Positions 1 to 9,832 of a stretch of 64,000 nt of DNA are shown here, piece after piece; position 1 is the first letter of the stretch; each line of letters begins with the position of its first letter. Origin of the DNA: an uncultured Nitrososphaerota archaeon (GTDB taxonomy: Archaea > Thermoproteota > EX4484-205 > JAAOZP01); the NCBI GenBank assembly GCA_964635675.1, contig CAZWPT010000045.1:79691-143690 (forward strand), given 5' to 3'. The notes below the pieces were generated by a model. That model was not told where the DNA came from. It was given only the letters and a program-made list of their open reading frames with translations, and did not search any database. The position numbers and the translations under genes are program-made.

Positions 1-1
1 T

Positions 2-358
2 GACATAGCGGTTCTCAGGCAAATAGCCGACTTAATCGCAATCATGTACGCAGGCAAAATAGTTGAGCTGAGTTCTACTGATAACGTGCTATACAACCCC
101 AAGCACCCATACACCACCGGATTGATCAACGCTGTTGTCACTCCTGAACCCGAGGTCAGGAGGCGGGGAATCGTTTCAATAGCTGGCGAGCCGCCGAATC
201 TTTTGAAGCCGCCTAGCGGGTGCCGCTTCCACCCGCGTTGCAAGTTTGCAATGGATTTATGTTCGAAAGAGGAGCCCCCCCTATTAGAGGTAGGAGACAA
301 AACTCTCGTAGCATGCCATCTTTTCTCCTCAAAGAGGGAGGATAAGGTTGCTTCTTGA
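2..358 (+). CDS. dppD: Oligopeptide/oligosaccharide ABC transporter ATP-binding subunit, 5'-truncated by window edge
   Basis: Frame open from position 2 (DIAVLRQIADLIAIMYAGKIVE). Contains HPYT and the C-terminal PPSGCRFHPRC...VACHL Fe-S motif of DppD/OppD. Confidence 0.9.
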   Translation, partial: DIAVLRQIADLIAIMYAGKIVELSSTDNVLYNPKHPYTTGLINAVVTPEPEVRRRGIVSIAGEPPNLLKPPSGCRFHPRCKFAMDLCSKEEPPLLEVGDKTLVACHLFSSKREDKVAS

Positions 359-1139
359 AGTGAACAACCTGACTAAGGTTTTCACCGTCGGACTGCTTAG
401 GAAGAAGGAAATAGTTGCCGTAAAGGACGTGACGTTTCAAGCGACCCCCGGCCAGTTCATATCTCTAGTGGGGGAAAGCGGCTCCGGAAAGACAACGACG
501 GCAAAGATAATTCTGAAGCTGCTTCCACCAACCTCTGGCCAGATACTGTTTGAAGGCAAGGATGTAACCAGGCTTCGGAAGCATGAGGAGCTAAGGGAAT
601 ATTGGCGTAAAGTACATGGTATTTTCCAAGACCCGTATGCCTCCTTCAACCCCCTTCAGAAGGTGGATAGAGTACTCTATCAAGCTTTTGAACTCATGGA
701 CGATAAGGATATCAATAAGGATAGGGTTGTTCGCGAGGCATTAAGGGAGGTCGGCCTTAACTGGGATGAGGTGTTGGGTAAATATCCGCATGAGCTCAGC
801 GGCGGGCAGAGGCAGAGGATCATGGTAGCCAGATGCTACATGATTAAGCCTAGACTCATACTGGCTGACGAGCCTGTCTCGATGATAGATGCTTCCACCA
901 GGAAGAGTGTTCTCCAGCTCTTCACAAACTTAAGGGACGAGTATAAAACTTCAGTCATATTCATAACCCACGACCTAGGCCTAGCCTACTATGTTAGTGA
1001 CGAAATAATCATAATGTATAGGGGCGTGATAGTGGAGAGGGGGCCGCCTGAAGAAATATTGGAGCACGCGCGTTCAGAGTACACTAAAAGACTCAGGTCT
1101 GATGTCCCGCTTTTGTATAAGAAGTGGGAGGGCTTTTAG
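348..1139 (+). CDS. dppF: Oligopeptide/oligosaccharide ABC transporter ATP-binding subunit
   Basis: Walker A GESGSGKTT, signature LSGGQRQR, Walker B ILADEP and ITHDL. Overlaps dppD by 11 nt. Confidence 0.92.
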   Translation: MLLEVNNLTKVFTVGLLRKKEIVAVKDVTFQATPGQFISLVGESGSGKTTTAKIILKLLPPTSGQILFEGKDVTRLRKHEELREYWRKVHGIFQDPYASFNPLQKVDRVLYQAFELMDDKDINKDRVVREALREVGLNWDEVLGKYPHELSGGQRQRIMVARCYMIKPRLILADEPVSMIDASTRKSVLQLFTNLRDEYKTSVIFITHDLGLAYYVSDEIIIMYRGVIVERGPPEEILEHARSEYTKRLRSDVPLLYKKWEGF

Positions 1140-1162
1140 CCACAGGCCGTGACCAGCCTACC

Positions 1163-1178
1163 GCAAAGCTTTTAAATT
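1163..1178 (+). promoter_or_regulatory. BRE-TATA promoter for dppB
   Basis: gcaaagcTTTTAAAtt about 27 nt upstream of the TTG start at 1203, consistent with a leaderless mRNA. Confidence 0.55.
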
Positions 1179-1202
1179 TGACCAAGACAAATCGAGTATA
1201 GG

Positions 1203-2216
1203 TTGAACCCATTACTCCGGTACATTGCCAGGCGCGTTGCATTTCTCTTAACAACCTTCTTTGCCTTCCTGCTTATAATATTCGCCTTGCCGAGAGCAAT
1301 ACCTGGAAACCCGCTCGCCCAGATTCTCTACCGCATGTTTCAACAGGCACAGACAAACCCGGACCTTGTTCAGGCGGTTTACAAACAGCTTATGGAGGAG
1401 TTCGGCATAGGAAAGCCGTTACACGAACAGATGATAGAGTTCTTCACCAGACTGCTTCAGGGAGACCTAGGCACTTCTATAGCATTCTACCCCAGAAAGG
1501 TTGCTGACCTAGTTTTCATCTACCTGCCCTGGTCCCTTGGGCTATTAATACCTGCCACGCTCGTCTCCTGGATCCTTGGTAATCTTCTAGGCGCTTTAGC
1601 AGGCTATAAAAGAAAAACCGCGGTTGACAACGCTTTGTTAACGGTTTTTCTAACGCTTTCCCAGACGCCTTACTATTGGCTTGCGATGATCCTGCTCTAC
1701 GTGTTTGCCGTGACTTTCAGAGTGTTTCCACTCGGCGGAGCCTATAGCAAAGCTCTCATGCCTTCTCTCACCTTAACATTCATAATGAACTTCTTATATC
1801 ATTACGTGCTTCCTTTCTTCTCCATAGTCCTCGCCGCCATAGGTGGCTGGGCCATCGGCATGCGCTCAATGGTGATTTACGAGCTTGGAGCAGATTACGT
1901 GAGCTATGCTGACTCACTGGGCTTATCGGACAGCAAAATGTTAAGATATATTTTTAAAAACTCGATGCTTCCTCAAGTAACTGGACTAGCCTTAAACTTT
2001 GGAACGATTCTCGGCGGCTCTCTAATAACGGAGCTGGTCTTCAGCTATCCGGGCACCGGTTATCTTATATTCAGGTCGCTAAGTATGCTTGACTATCCTA
2101 TGATTCAGGGGACATTCATACTGCTTATATCAACTTTGCTGCTTGCAAACTTCATAGTTGACCTGATATATTCTTATATCGACCCTAGAATAAGGACAGG
2201 CTATGCTACTAGTTGA
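1203..2216 (+). CDS. dppB: Dpp/Opp-type ABC transporter permease
   Basis: PGNP, GDLGTS, EAA-like loop (DYVSYADSLGLS), ITELVFSYPGTG and C-terminal DPRIR. Confidence 0.92.
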   Translation: MNPLLRYIARRVAFLLTTFFAFLLIIFALPRAIPGNPLAQILYRMFQQAQTNPDLVQAVYKQLMEEFGIGKPLHEQMIEFFTRLLQGDLGTSIAFYPRKVADLVFIYLPWSLGLLIPATLVSWILGNLLGALAGYKRKTAVDNALLTVFLTLSQTPYYWLAMILLYVFAVTFRVFPLGGAYSKALMPSLTLTFIMNFLYHYVLPFFSIVLAAIGGWAIGMRSMVIYELGADYVSYADSLGLSDSKMLRYIFKNSMLPQVTGLALNFGTILGGSLITELVFSYPGTGYLIFRSLSMLDYPMIQGTFILLISTLLLANFIVDLIYSYIDPRIRTGYATS

Positions 2217-2289
2217 AAACTCTGTTACCTCTGTTACATGTTGAGGATTGAAAGTACGCGCGTGCTGTTTATATGGATATTTTATAGAA

Positions 2290-2304
2290 GAAAAAGCTTA
2301 AATA
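2290..2304 (+). promoter_or_regulatory. BRE-TATA promoter for the solute-binding protein gene
   Basis: gaaaaagcTTAAATA about 30 nt before ATG 2334. This supports 2334 rather than 2238 as the start. Confidence 0.6.
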
Positions 2305-2333
2305 GTGCTTTCCAATATTCTAACCGATGTAAA

Positions 2334-4292
2334 ATGAAAGGAAGAATATTCTCATTGTTCCTGCTGTCTTTCATATTGCTTCTGAATTTTCTCCCGTTCA
2401 AACCCATAAAAGCCCAACAAACGTTTCCAAGGGATCAAACGGTCTACATCTCTTCGCCCTGGTCCATACCCGGTTGGAACCCGACGATGAGTGACACGAA
2501 CTGGATGACCCAGATTCAATACCCGACTTTTTACCTATACAATCTTTTCACGGATGAGTGGATTCCGTACGCTGCCTCCGCCTATACGTGGGTTGACAAA
2601 TATACCTTAGAGGTAAAGATAAGGACTGAGGCGAAGTGGTGGGATGGTAAACCTGTGACTGCCGATGATGTAATGTATACTTGGGAGCTGGGAAAGAGGA
2701 TGTTTGTTCCCTTCATAACCCCATTCTGGGATTACTTGGAAGAAGTTGTAGCTATCGACTCTAAAACGGTGCATTTTAGGACGAGTGAGAAGAAACTAAA
2801 CTACTTCCAGTTGCTAGGCGTCCTGCAGCAAATAATTCTGCCAAAGCATAGATGGGAAACGCTGGAAGCAAGATATGGTAAGAAGCTTACGACCGATTTC
2901 AGGGATGATAAGCCAGAGGACATAATTGGGGCGGGTCCATATAGAGCTTACACGGTTTCGGAGTCGAGTTTCTCATACATAAGAGTCGACGACTGGTGGG
3001 GGAAGGACATATTTGGCATTCCAAATCCCAAGTACGTGGTTATATGGATACCCAAGGACAACGTGGCCGCAGCTTTAGCATTTGAACAAGGAGAACTTGA
3101 CTACATGACTCATTTCACTCCCAAGATATGGGAGATGTGGGAAGTTAAGAAGTTGCCAGTAAGGACCTACTACGCGCGTCCTCCGTACTATGTTGGCGGA
3201 GGAGTTGTTTTCCTCTGGATGAACTATAAGACAAAGGGATTGGACAACCCGACGGTTAGAAGGGCCATAGCACACGCGTTGAACATAAGCGAGATGATAG
3301 AGAAGGCCTACTACAACTATGGTTTACAGGCTAAGCCGGTCCCCATAATACACACTAGTGCTGCCGCCATATACATCAATGAATCGCTAATAAGTAACTA
3401 CGGATGGTCTTTTAACATTGAGAAGGCTAAGAAGATACTTGATGACGCCGGCATAAAACCGGGTCCCGATGGCATAAGGAGGCTGCCTGACGGCACAAAG
3501 CTTGGTCCATACACCATACAGGTTCCATATGGTTGGACAGATTGGATGATGATGTGCGATATGATAGCCTCAAACCTCAAGGCAATAGGGATAGAGGTTG
3601 AACCAGTATTTCCAGACTTCTCCGTTTGGTGGCAACGCTTAACCGAAAAGAACTGGGATATGGTCTTAGGATGGGCTGACGCTTCGCCTGGCTATTCTCA
3701 TCCATGGAATGCTTTCAGGTCAACGATGGACCCGAGGCTAAGCCATCCGTCTGGTAATTGGGAGAACTATAACAACCCTGAGGTTACCACTCTTATCGAT
3801 GCGCTTCCCGTAGAGACAGATCCCGCAAAAATAAAGGCTATTTATAATAAGCTGCAGGAAATATGGTTAAAAGACATACCTGGAGTACCGCTCTTCTATG
3901 GTGCATCGTGGTATGAGTATTCCGAGGCCCACTGGGTCGGCTGGGCCAACGAGGAGAACAAGTTCTGGTTCCCTCAGGCCTGGAACTGGCCTTCCAACAT
4001 GCCAATATTCTTCAGAGTAGTGCCGAAGGGTCAAACGCCAAAGGAAGTTCCTTGGGTCGAGACAAAATTTCCAACCAGCAAGATACTTGCAGACCTGGCA
4101 GCTGCTCCAGTCCATGGACTAGTAACCGTGACGAGAACCGTTACGGAAACCGTGGTTCAGACGGTTGCGACCACCGTCACGACCACGCAAACCGTCCCGG
4201 CTTTCGACGTGGTTAGCGCTGGAGGCATAGGAGTAGTAGCCCTAGTAATAGGAGTAGCGGTTGGCTGGCTAGTCGCCTCTAGAAAGAAGTAG
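2334..4292 (+). CDS. Family-5 ABC solute-binding protein, oligosaccharide-binding (cellobiose/chitobiose-binder-like) type, with Thr-rich linker and C-terminal TM anchor
   Basis: Signal peptide after M at 2334; KWWDGKPVTADDV, GAGPY and VPYGWTDW motifs; Trp-rich; TVTRTVTETVVQTVATTVTTTQT linker, then a TM helix and RKK. Confidence 0.88.
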   Translation: MKGRIFSLFLLSFILLLNFLPFKPIKAQQTFPRDQTVYISSPWSIPGWNPTMSDTNWMTQIQYPTFYLYNLFTDEWIPYAASAYTWVDKYTLEVKIRTEAKWWDGKPVTADDVMYTWELGKRMFVPFITPFWDYLEEVVAIDSKTVHFRTSEKKLNYFQLLGVLQQIILPKHRWETLEARYGKKLTTDFRDDKPEDIIGAGPYRAYTVSESSFSYIRVDDWWGKDIFGIPNPKYVVIWIPKDNVAAALAFEQGELDYMTHFTPKIWEMWEVKKLPVRTYYARPPYYVGGGVVFLWMNYKTKGLDNPTVRRAIAHALNISEMIEKAYYNYGLQAKPVPIIHTSAAAIYINESLISNYGWSFNIEKAKKILDDAGIKPGPDGIRRLPDGTKLGPYTIQVPYGWTDWMMMCDMIASNLKAIGIEVEPVFPDFSVWWQRLTEKNWDMVLGWADASPGYSHPWNAFRSTMDPRLSHPSGNWENYNNPEVTTLIDALPVETDPAKIKAIYNKLQEIWLKDIPGVPLFYGASWYEYSEAHWVGWANEENKFWFPQAWNWPSNMPIFFRVVPKGQTPKEVPWVETKFPTSKILADLAAAPVHGLVTVTRTVTETVVQTVATTVTTTQTVPAFDVVSAGGIGVVALVIGVAVGWLVASRKK

Positions 4293-4297
4293 AGAGG

Positions 4298-4340
4298 CAA
4301 ACCCCCAAAAGGTTTTTTATTTCTATGCTATTTTTCTCCA
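4298..4340 (+). terminator. Oligo-T archaeal terminator candidate
   Basis: aaaccc-ccaaaa-ggtttttt followed by further T-runs right after the SBP stop. Confidence 0.4.
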
Positions 4341-4352
4341 ATAGGGCAGGGT

Positions 4353-4562
4353 GTGAACAGCATGTTCAGAAGGATATTGCTGACGATTCTCGTGTGGGGT
4401 CTTATCCTGGAAATACTGACCCTTATATATCTCCGCGATATGGCTTGGAGGTTTGAATTCGCATACAATCTTTTCCTCCTAATAATAACTTCAATAGCCT
4501 TGCTAATACTTGTGGCAAGGATGAGAAGCGAGTATAGGAGGACGGTGGCTTCGAAAGACTAG
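4353..4562 (+). CDS. Small two-TM membrane protein
   Basis: Two hydrophobic segments and a basic tail; GTG start with a purine-rich leader. Confidence 0.6.
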   Translation: MNSMFRRILLTILVWGLILEILTLIYLRDMAWRFEFAYNLFLLIITSIALLILVARMRSEYRRTVASKD

Positions 4563-4569
4563 GGTGCTG

Positions 4570-6873
4570 TTAAACCGGCAACCCGAGGGACATGAAGAGG
4601 TCGATGACGACCTTGGGCTTAACCGGGAACCATAAGGCGAACCAAAAAACCTGCGTAATTACGACTAAGGCTTGTAGTAATCTATGGTGTTTCCCTCGGC
4701 TCAGGCAGCCGGATAGGCCGATGTAGAGTCCCGGCAACACCGAGTAGAAGTAAAACGGGTATACCCACCTCGTCATCAGGTATGCGAGCAGAACGTACGG
4801 TAAAAAGCTGGCTAAAACCCATAGTAGAGTGAAAAGAAGCGGCCTCTCGAAACTCCGGCTCCTTATTCCTTTGAATATGTAGAATAGGCTGATGGGTATG
4901 AATACCCATATGCTCCACCAGAGCGGAGTGTAGATGCCGTAGTAGGCGAAAGAATTATATTCTCTCACAACCCCTTCAACCACTTCCCTTGTCGTCAGCA
5001 GGTAGAATGGCATGGGGGAGAATGGTTCCAACGGGTTTACCCACTGTAACGGAAGGATCACGTCCCTAGGGTCTTGATATTTTAAGCTGCTGTGGTAAGC
5101 CAGCATATAGCTAACATGTTTCAAAGGATTCCTGTCAAAGATCGAGTAGTAGGAATCGTATATCCATAGGCCAGTCAAAAATACGACGAGCACAGTAGCC
5201 GCAACCCTCATGCAGGATTTTGCAACATGTTTAAATGAGTTCTCCGAGCCCCCCGCGCTTATGATTAGAAACAGTGCAATGCCAGGATATATAAACAAGG
5301 AACTGAGCTTGCATAAAGAGGCTAGGCCCAGGAAAAGACCGCCCAGATCATGCTTCCCTCTTAAAACAAGTAGGCTCGCAGCAAGTATGAACGCCATAGC
5401 TGGAGCATCAAGAATAGCCATCTGCCCTATGTTGAATGCCATAATGTCGAAAGCGAACAGAATTACGGAGCATAGGGAAACATCTTTTCTGCCGCCCAGG
5501 AGTAAGGCAAGCATATAGATTAGTAGTATAGATGCTAAGCTGGCCGAGATGACTGATGCACGCCAACCTGCCGGGTTATCTCCTAATAGTGCAATACTTA
5601 ACGCGATTAAAAGCTTCGTCAGAGGCGGATGCTCGTTATTCGTCGCCTCGCCGCGAAGCATGTCTCTAGCTGCACTAACGTAATACCTTTCATCAAAGAT
5701 AAGGTCCCAGCTTACCATCCCTCCGGGTGTTTCACGCTTAGGGTATTCGAGAATGGACAGCCTCAGGATCAACGTGAGAGCAACTACGGCTAGCAAAGCC
5801 AGCTCAGGAGTTGCTTTCTTGAAAGAATTCAAAGCCAGCATTCTTCTCTTTATTGTCACGCGGGCCCTAGACACCAGCATCGTGAAACTCTGCCGATATT
5901 TCCCGCAAGTGGACGAAACCGTCTTAACCATGCTTCTCGTGTTCAAAAGCACCAACAGGGCCAGGGTTAGTATCGCCAAGACCATTGACACTGCTTCGCT
6001 GAACAAGTCTAGGAATGATAGATTTGGATGTAAAACCGCGACCAGCCTGTTAGTGTACAGGTAGTGATTAAAATACCAGTGAACCAGAAGGGAGGCGTAG
6101 ATGCCGTAAAGTACGTATGACAGGGCCATAGCAAACCCCTGTATGAACGCTAAGGTGAGCTTTCCAACACCCCAAGCGTTTGGAACCGCGTAGTGCGAGA
6201 AAGCGAAGAGAGCTGAGGAAAAAATAATGGTCACCCATTCGTCATTTTCGATCTTAAAAGATACGGGTAAGCCCCATGATCTTAAAAGCCTCTTCGCGCT
6301 TTCAGGGCTAAAGAATGAGAGTAGAGAAACATTCAGCTTTTTGCGAAACGAAAGGTTGCCGACACCCCTGTTCAGGTAGAAAGAGTAGAAAAAACCCAGC
6401 AGTAGCATTCTGAACACGATCTCCTCCAGTATGGGGGACCAGGCTAATTGAAAGTAGGCTGATATTGGATCCGGGCTTAAGGGTGGGATGCCTGTCGATA
6501 TCTGTAGATTTTTTTGGATCGATTCGATAAGGCTCAGAGCCGTATGAGTTAGGCTCGTGATAACAGGCATAAGCAGCAAGAAATTGCCGCTTGGAAATGC
6601 AACAGGCTCTTGAAGAAATCTGCGTGCCGCTTCTCTGAGGCTTTCTCCCGACTTGAAAGCGAAAACGAAGCATAAGGAATAAATAATTTCAGCAAGTACA
6701 AAGTAGAAGTACCATGATGTTTGGATTTCCGACACTGCTTTCGATAGGCCTTCGGTTAAAATTATACTGATACCTAGAGGAATCGAGAGGAGGCTTAGTG
6801 CAATCAAGACGACAATAAGGATGAATGTAAATGGTTTCAGACACGAATGGGCAGCTTTCAAAGATATGTTCAT
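4570..6873 (-). CDS. Fusion: N-terminal CPBP (CAAX/Abi) intramembrane metalloprotease + C-terminal dolichyl-phosphate-mannose protein O-mannosyltransferase (GT39/PMT)
   Basis: CPBP motifs PILEEIVFR, FAFSH and LLVHWYFN. PMT motifs IFDERYY, NNEHPPLTKLLIA, GWRA, AILDAP, CKLS and YPFYF. Single uninterrupted 767-aa ORF. Confidence 0.85.
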   Translation of the reverse strand: MNISLKAAHSCLKPFTFILIVVLIALSLLSIPLGISIILTEGLSKAVSEIQTSWYFYFVLAEIIYSLCFVFAFKSGESLREAARRFLQEPVAFPSGNFLLLMPVITSLTHTALSLIESIQKNLQISTGIPPLSPDPISAYFQLAWSPILEEIVFRMLLLGFFYSFYLNRGVGNLSFRKKLNVSLLSFFSPESAKRLLRSWGLPVSFKIENDEWVTIIFSSALFAFSHYAVPNAWGVGKLTLAFIQGFAMALSYVLYGIYASLLVHWYFNHYLYTNRLVAVLHPNLSFLDLFSEAVSMVLAILTLALLVLLNTRSMVKTVSSTCGKYRQSFTMLVSRARVTIKRRMLALNSFKKATPELALLAVVALTLILRLSILEYPKRETPGGMVSWDLIFDERYYVSAARDMLRGEATNNEHPPLTKLLIALSIALLGDNPAGWRASVISASLASILLIYMLALLLGGRKDVSLCSVILFAFDIMAFNIGQMAILDAPAMAFILAASLLVLRGKHDLGGLFLGLASLCKLSSLFIYPGIALFLIISAGGSENSFKHVAKSCMRVAATVLVVFLTGLWIYDSYYSIFDRNPLKHVSYMLAYHSSLKYQDPRDVILPLQWVNPLEPFSPMPFYLLTTREVVEGVVREYNSFAYYGIYTPLWWSIWVFIPISLFYIFKGIRSRSFERPLLFTLLWVLASFLPYVLLAYLMTRWVYPFYFYSVLPGLYIGLSGCLSRGKHHRLLQALVVITQVFWFALWFPVKPKVVIDLFMSLGLPV

Positions 6874-7205
6874 CTTAGCTTATTATCCGGCAAATTATTA
6901 ATGAGAATGCCAAAGTTTAAAAGCATTACGGCAACGCGTGCAGACTCAGGGTTAGTCAATAGTTTAAGTCCCAATGCTCATCCTCCTCGCAGAAGCCCGG
7001 GATGGGAGGCTAGTTTTCAACATTTCCCCAAAACACCCTTTACCTTTAAGACGGGTTCTCTTTCATTTCTCTTCAAATTAGTCTAGGGGAAACGGGTTGA
7101 AACACTTCGGTTAAGCGTGGCGAGGAGCGTTGAACAATGCCTTGCTTAAAGTTTGAGATGATTTTACGGAGTAGGCTAACATTAACACTTGGTGACCAAT
7201 ATAGC

Positions 7206-8324
7206 CTAACTCTTCCATACGATTGAGATACTGGTTGAATAACCCCAAACTAGGCTTAAAGCAATACCTACGAGGTTTGCGAGAAGATAGTGTAGTCCAG
7301 AGTAAACAGTTAAAACATGTAATGTGAAAAGCTCTATACAGATTCCTACTATTCTTGTCCAGTTGTATTCGAAGGCTCTCCTAAACACCGATCTTAAAGA
7401 GGAATCGGCCACCAGGTCTCTGAACGTGAAAAATTCATTCAGAGCGAAGTTTGATAAGACGGAGGCTTCTGCGCTGATCGAAGCGGAGAACACGTAATGC
7501 AGATGAAAGTTTTCAGTCAAAAACCATAAGATGGCCTCGTTAACTAGGATCCCCACCAACCCGACCAGCATGAAGCTTATAAGCCTCCTGTATTCGCTTG
7601 CCTCCTTTACTAAGGAGTATAAGTGTTTAAGATAAAGCAGAATCTCGCGTAACCCGAGTTTACTTCTGCCTCCAGCCCTACGCTGAAAACTGTAAGGTAT
7701 TTCGCAGACCCTTCCATATCTGCCTTTCGCAAGTATTTCAAGCAGGATCTTGTAACCTATAGGGTTCAGCTTAATTCCATTAATCACTTTCTTATGGAGG
7801 GCGAAGTATCCGGAGAGCGGGTCTGAAACGCGGCTCGTCTTCGGCAGGGAAATGTGCGCAAGGATGGTGGCTCCTTTAGATACAAGTCTCCTCCACGCGC
7901 TAAGGCCCTCGGCTCCACCCCCCTTAACATACCTTGAGGCGATGACAATGTCGCAGCCTCTTCTTAACCCTTCCAACATGTGTGTCAGGGCTTCCGGAGG
8001 GTGCTGCAAGTCAGCGTCCATAACCGCTATCAGCCGTGCTCTCGCCAACCTTAGACCATCCGTAACCGCAGAGCCCAATCCCAGCTTTCCAGGCCTTCTC
8101 ACCACCCTGATGTTTCCAAACTTTATGTTAAGCCCCTCAGCGATGCCGGCTGTCCCATCAGGACTATTGTCGTCGATGATGATGATCTCGAAATCTACAC
8201 CCTTCAACGCATCCTCTATTCTTTCGATAAGCTTAGGAATGGTTTCTGCTTCCATGTACGTGGGTATTATGATTGACAATTGCATACTGTACTCGACCGA
8301 TTCTCCCGCTTCCTCTTCGACCAA
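7206..8324 (-). CDS. Dolichol/polyprenol-phosphate mannose synthase (GT2) with C-terminal GtrA domain
   Basis: IIIPTYME, IIDDNSPDGT, MDADLQHPP, SRY, DPLSGY and GYKILLE; GtrA-type FMLVGLVGILVN...NFALNEFFTF. Confidence 0.9.
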   Translation of the reverse strand: MVEEEAGESVEYSMQLSIIIPTYMEAETIPKLIERIEDALKGVDFEIIIIDDNSPDGTAGIAEGLNIKFGNIRVVRRPGKLGLGSAVTDGLRLARARLIAVMDADLQHPPEALTHMLEGLRRGCDIVIASRYVKGGGAEGLSAWRRLVSKGATILAHISLPKTSRVSDPLSGYFALHKKVINGIKLNPIGYKILLEILAKGRYGRVCEIPYSFQRRAGGRSKLGLREILLYLKHLYSLVKEASEYRRLISFMLVGLVGILVNEAILWFLTENFHLHYVFSASISAEASVLSNFALNEFFTFRDLVADSSLRSVFRRAFEYNWTRIVGICIELFTLHVLTVYSGLHYLLANLVGIALSLVWGYSTSISIVWKS

Positions 8325-8614
8325 TATTTTTCCTCCAGTGCTTGCTAACTAAGTCTATTCATATTAAAGCTCCCGGCTATAAACTTAAACCAGGATGACA
8401 ATACCTTGAACCCGGGTATGAGGCTTATTAACAATGCTGGAGAAAACCGTCTCCATGCGTTGTATCAGCGGGAGACAATGGTCGAAAACTTTCTGAAGAA
8501 ATACTCTATTCGACTTCTGCAGCATCGCGAGGACAGTATTGCTTCAATTTTCATAACCATGGTTTGCATTAGGCATAAATGTTTTAAATAACTTTTCAAC
8601 ATTCTGCCGAATAA

Positions 8615-9832
8615 ATGGGGACAGGCTTGGAATGGTGGAGAAAACCCGTTAGAATGATGAGGCTCGACTACTTGGATGCTCTAAGCAGGATGGCTGAATC
8701 AGACATGGATAAGCTGGCCCGGTGGAAAAAGGAGGAGTGGAATATTAACTGCGAATGGGTGATAGGGACCCCGGGGACAGCTCCGGGCCTAGGCTACTTG
8801 ACGACTTTCAACACGCCCAGGTTTGAGAAGTATCCTGCTCTAGGCGACTTCGACCTGGTAAGGGAGTACTTGCCCCGCGCTAGGAAGCACGGCATCAGGG
8901 TCCTAGCGTACCTGAACATGCACTGGTACTCGTACGAGTTTGGACAGAAGCATAGTGATTGGGAGCAGCGTGTCGAGGACGGCAGGAGCTATGGGAGGGT
9001 GCATCCGCTCTACGGCTCCGGGACAACGTTCTGCGTAAACTCGGGGTGGAGGAACTGGGCGTTCGAACTTATAGAGGAGGCTATGAAAACAGGTATTGAC
9101 GGGGTTTTCCTAGATGGACCGGTCGTCTTCCCAGAGTGCTGCTACTGCAAGTCATGCCGGGAAAAGTTTTCAGCAAAGTATGGCGGCGAGGCTCCCAGCT
9201 GGGAAGACTGGTCTAACCCTCTCTGGAGGAAATTCATAGAGTTTAGAGAAGACTCCATGGCGGAGTTTCTCAGGGATGCTCGACGAGCTGTTAAGAAAGT
9301 GAACGAGAAGGGAGTCATATTTCTAAACGGCGGGGCCTGGTGGCCCGGCAGCTGGAGGGTTGCACGCAACATTGAAAAGCTGAGCGAGCATGAGGATTTT
9401 AACGGTGCAGAGGCTTTCTTCCACCCTGGTTCTCAAAACGTGCCTTTAATCTTCTGGGCGCTTGAAGCCAAGCATCTCGCCGCCAAAGGCAAGCCGGCGG
9501 TCGTCTTCAGCCATCACGCGTTGGGCAGCTGGCACTACGTGCCCCTCCCCCGTTTCGAGGCCGAGATCTCGGTTGCGCAAACCGTCTCCTGCGGGGCAAA
9601 CCCCTGGTTCGCCGTCTTCGACTATGCTTTAGACACTAGGCTGGAGGATGCTCTAACCCCTATGAGAAACATTCTAGGCTTTCTGTCAAGAAACGAAGAG
9701 TACTATGTGGACACTGTTTCGAAGGCTGAAGCAGCCCTGCTGCTCTCTTACAAACCTCCACGTTCTACCTTTCTGAACTCAGGGAACTCTACCTTGATCC
9801 GGGGACTGGTGTTGAGAGAGACCTTAAAATAG
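8615..9832 (+). CDS. Glycoside hydrolase-like (GHL6/GH42-like TIM barrel), N-terminal part of a frameshifted gene
   Basis: ARKHGIRVLAY, FCVNSGW, IDGVFLDGP, CYCKSC Zn motif and WRKFIEFR. Coding frame switches at about 9748. Confidence 0.75.
   Translation: MGTGLEWWRKPVRMMRLDYLDALSRMAESDMDKLARWKKEEWNINCEWVIGTPGTAPGLGYLTTFNTPRFEKYPALGDFDLVREYLPRARKHGIRVLAYLNMHWYSYEFGQKHSDWEQRVEDGRSYGRVHPLYGSGTTFCVNSGWRNWAFELIEEAMKTGIDGVFLDGPVVFPECCYCKSCREKFSAKYGGEAPSWEDWSNPLWRKFIEFREDSMAEFLRDARRAVKKVNEKGVIFLNGGAWWPGSWRVARNIEKLSEHEDFNGAEAFFHPGSQNVPLIFWALEAKHLAAKGKPAVVFSHHALGSWHYVPLPRFEAEISVAQTVSCGANPWFAVFDYALDTRLEDALTPMRNILGFLSRNEEYYVDTVSKAEAALLLSYKPPRSTFLNSGNSTLIRGLVLRETLK

Noticed and set aside
2238..2333. Extended N-terminus of the SBP ORF
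   Set aside because: It contains the BRE/TATA promoter, and the signal peptide begins at ATG 2334.
6874..7205. Long intergenic region as possible ncRNA; ORF 6847-7086
   Set aside because: Only a short CTCCTCGC/GCGAGGAG complement was found, with no tRNA, C/D box or riboswitch pattern. The ORF is not protein-like.
8406..8591. 61-aa ORF between divergent genes
   Set aside because: No motif, and it overlaps the promoter of the glycosidase gene.
9730..9832. Programmed -1 ribosomal frameshift signal
   Set aside because: No X XXY YYZ heptamer or clear stimulatory hairpin at the switch point.
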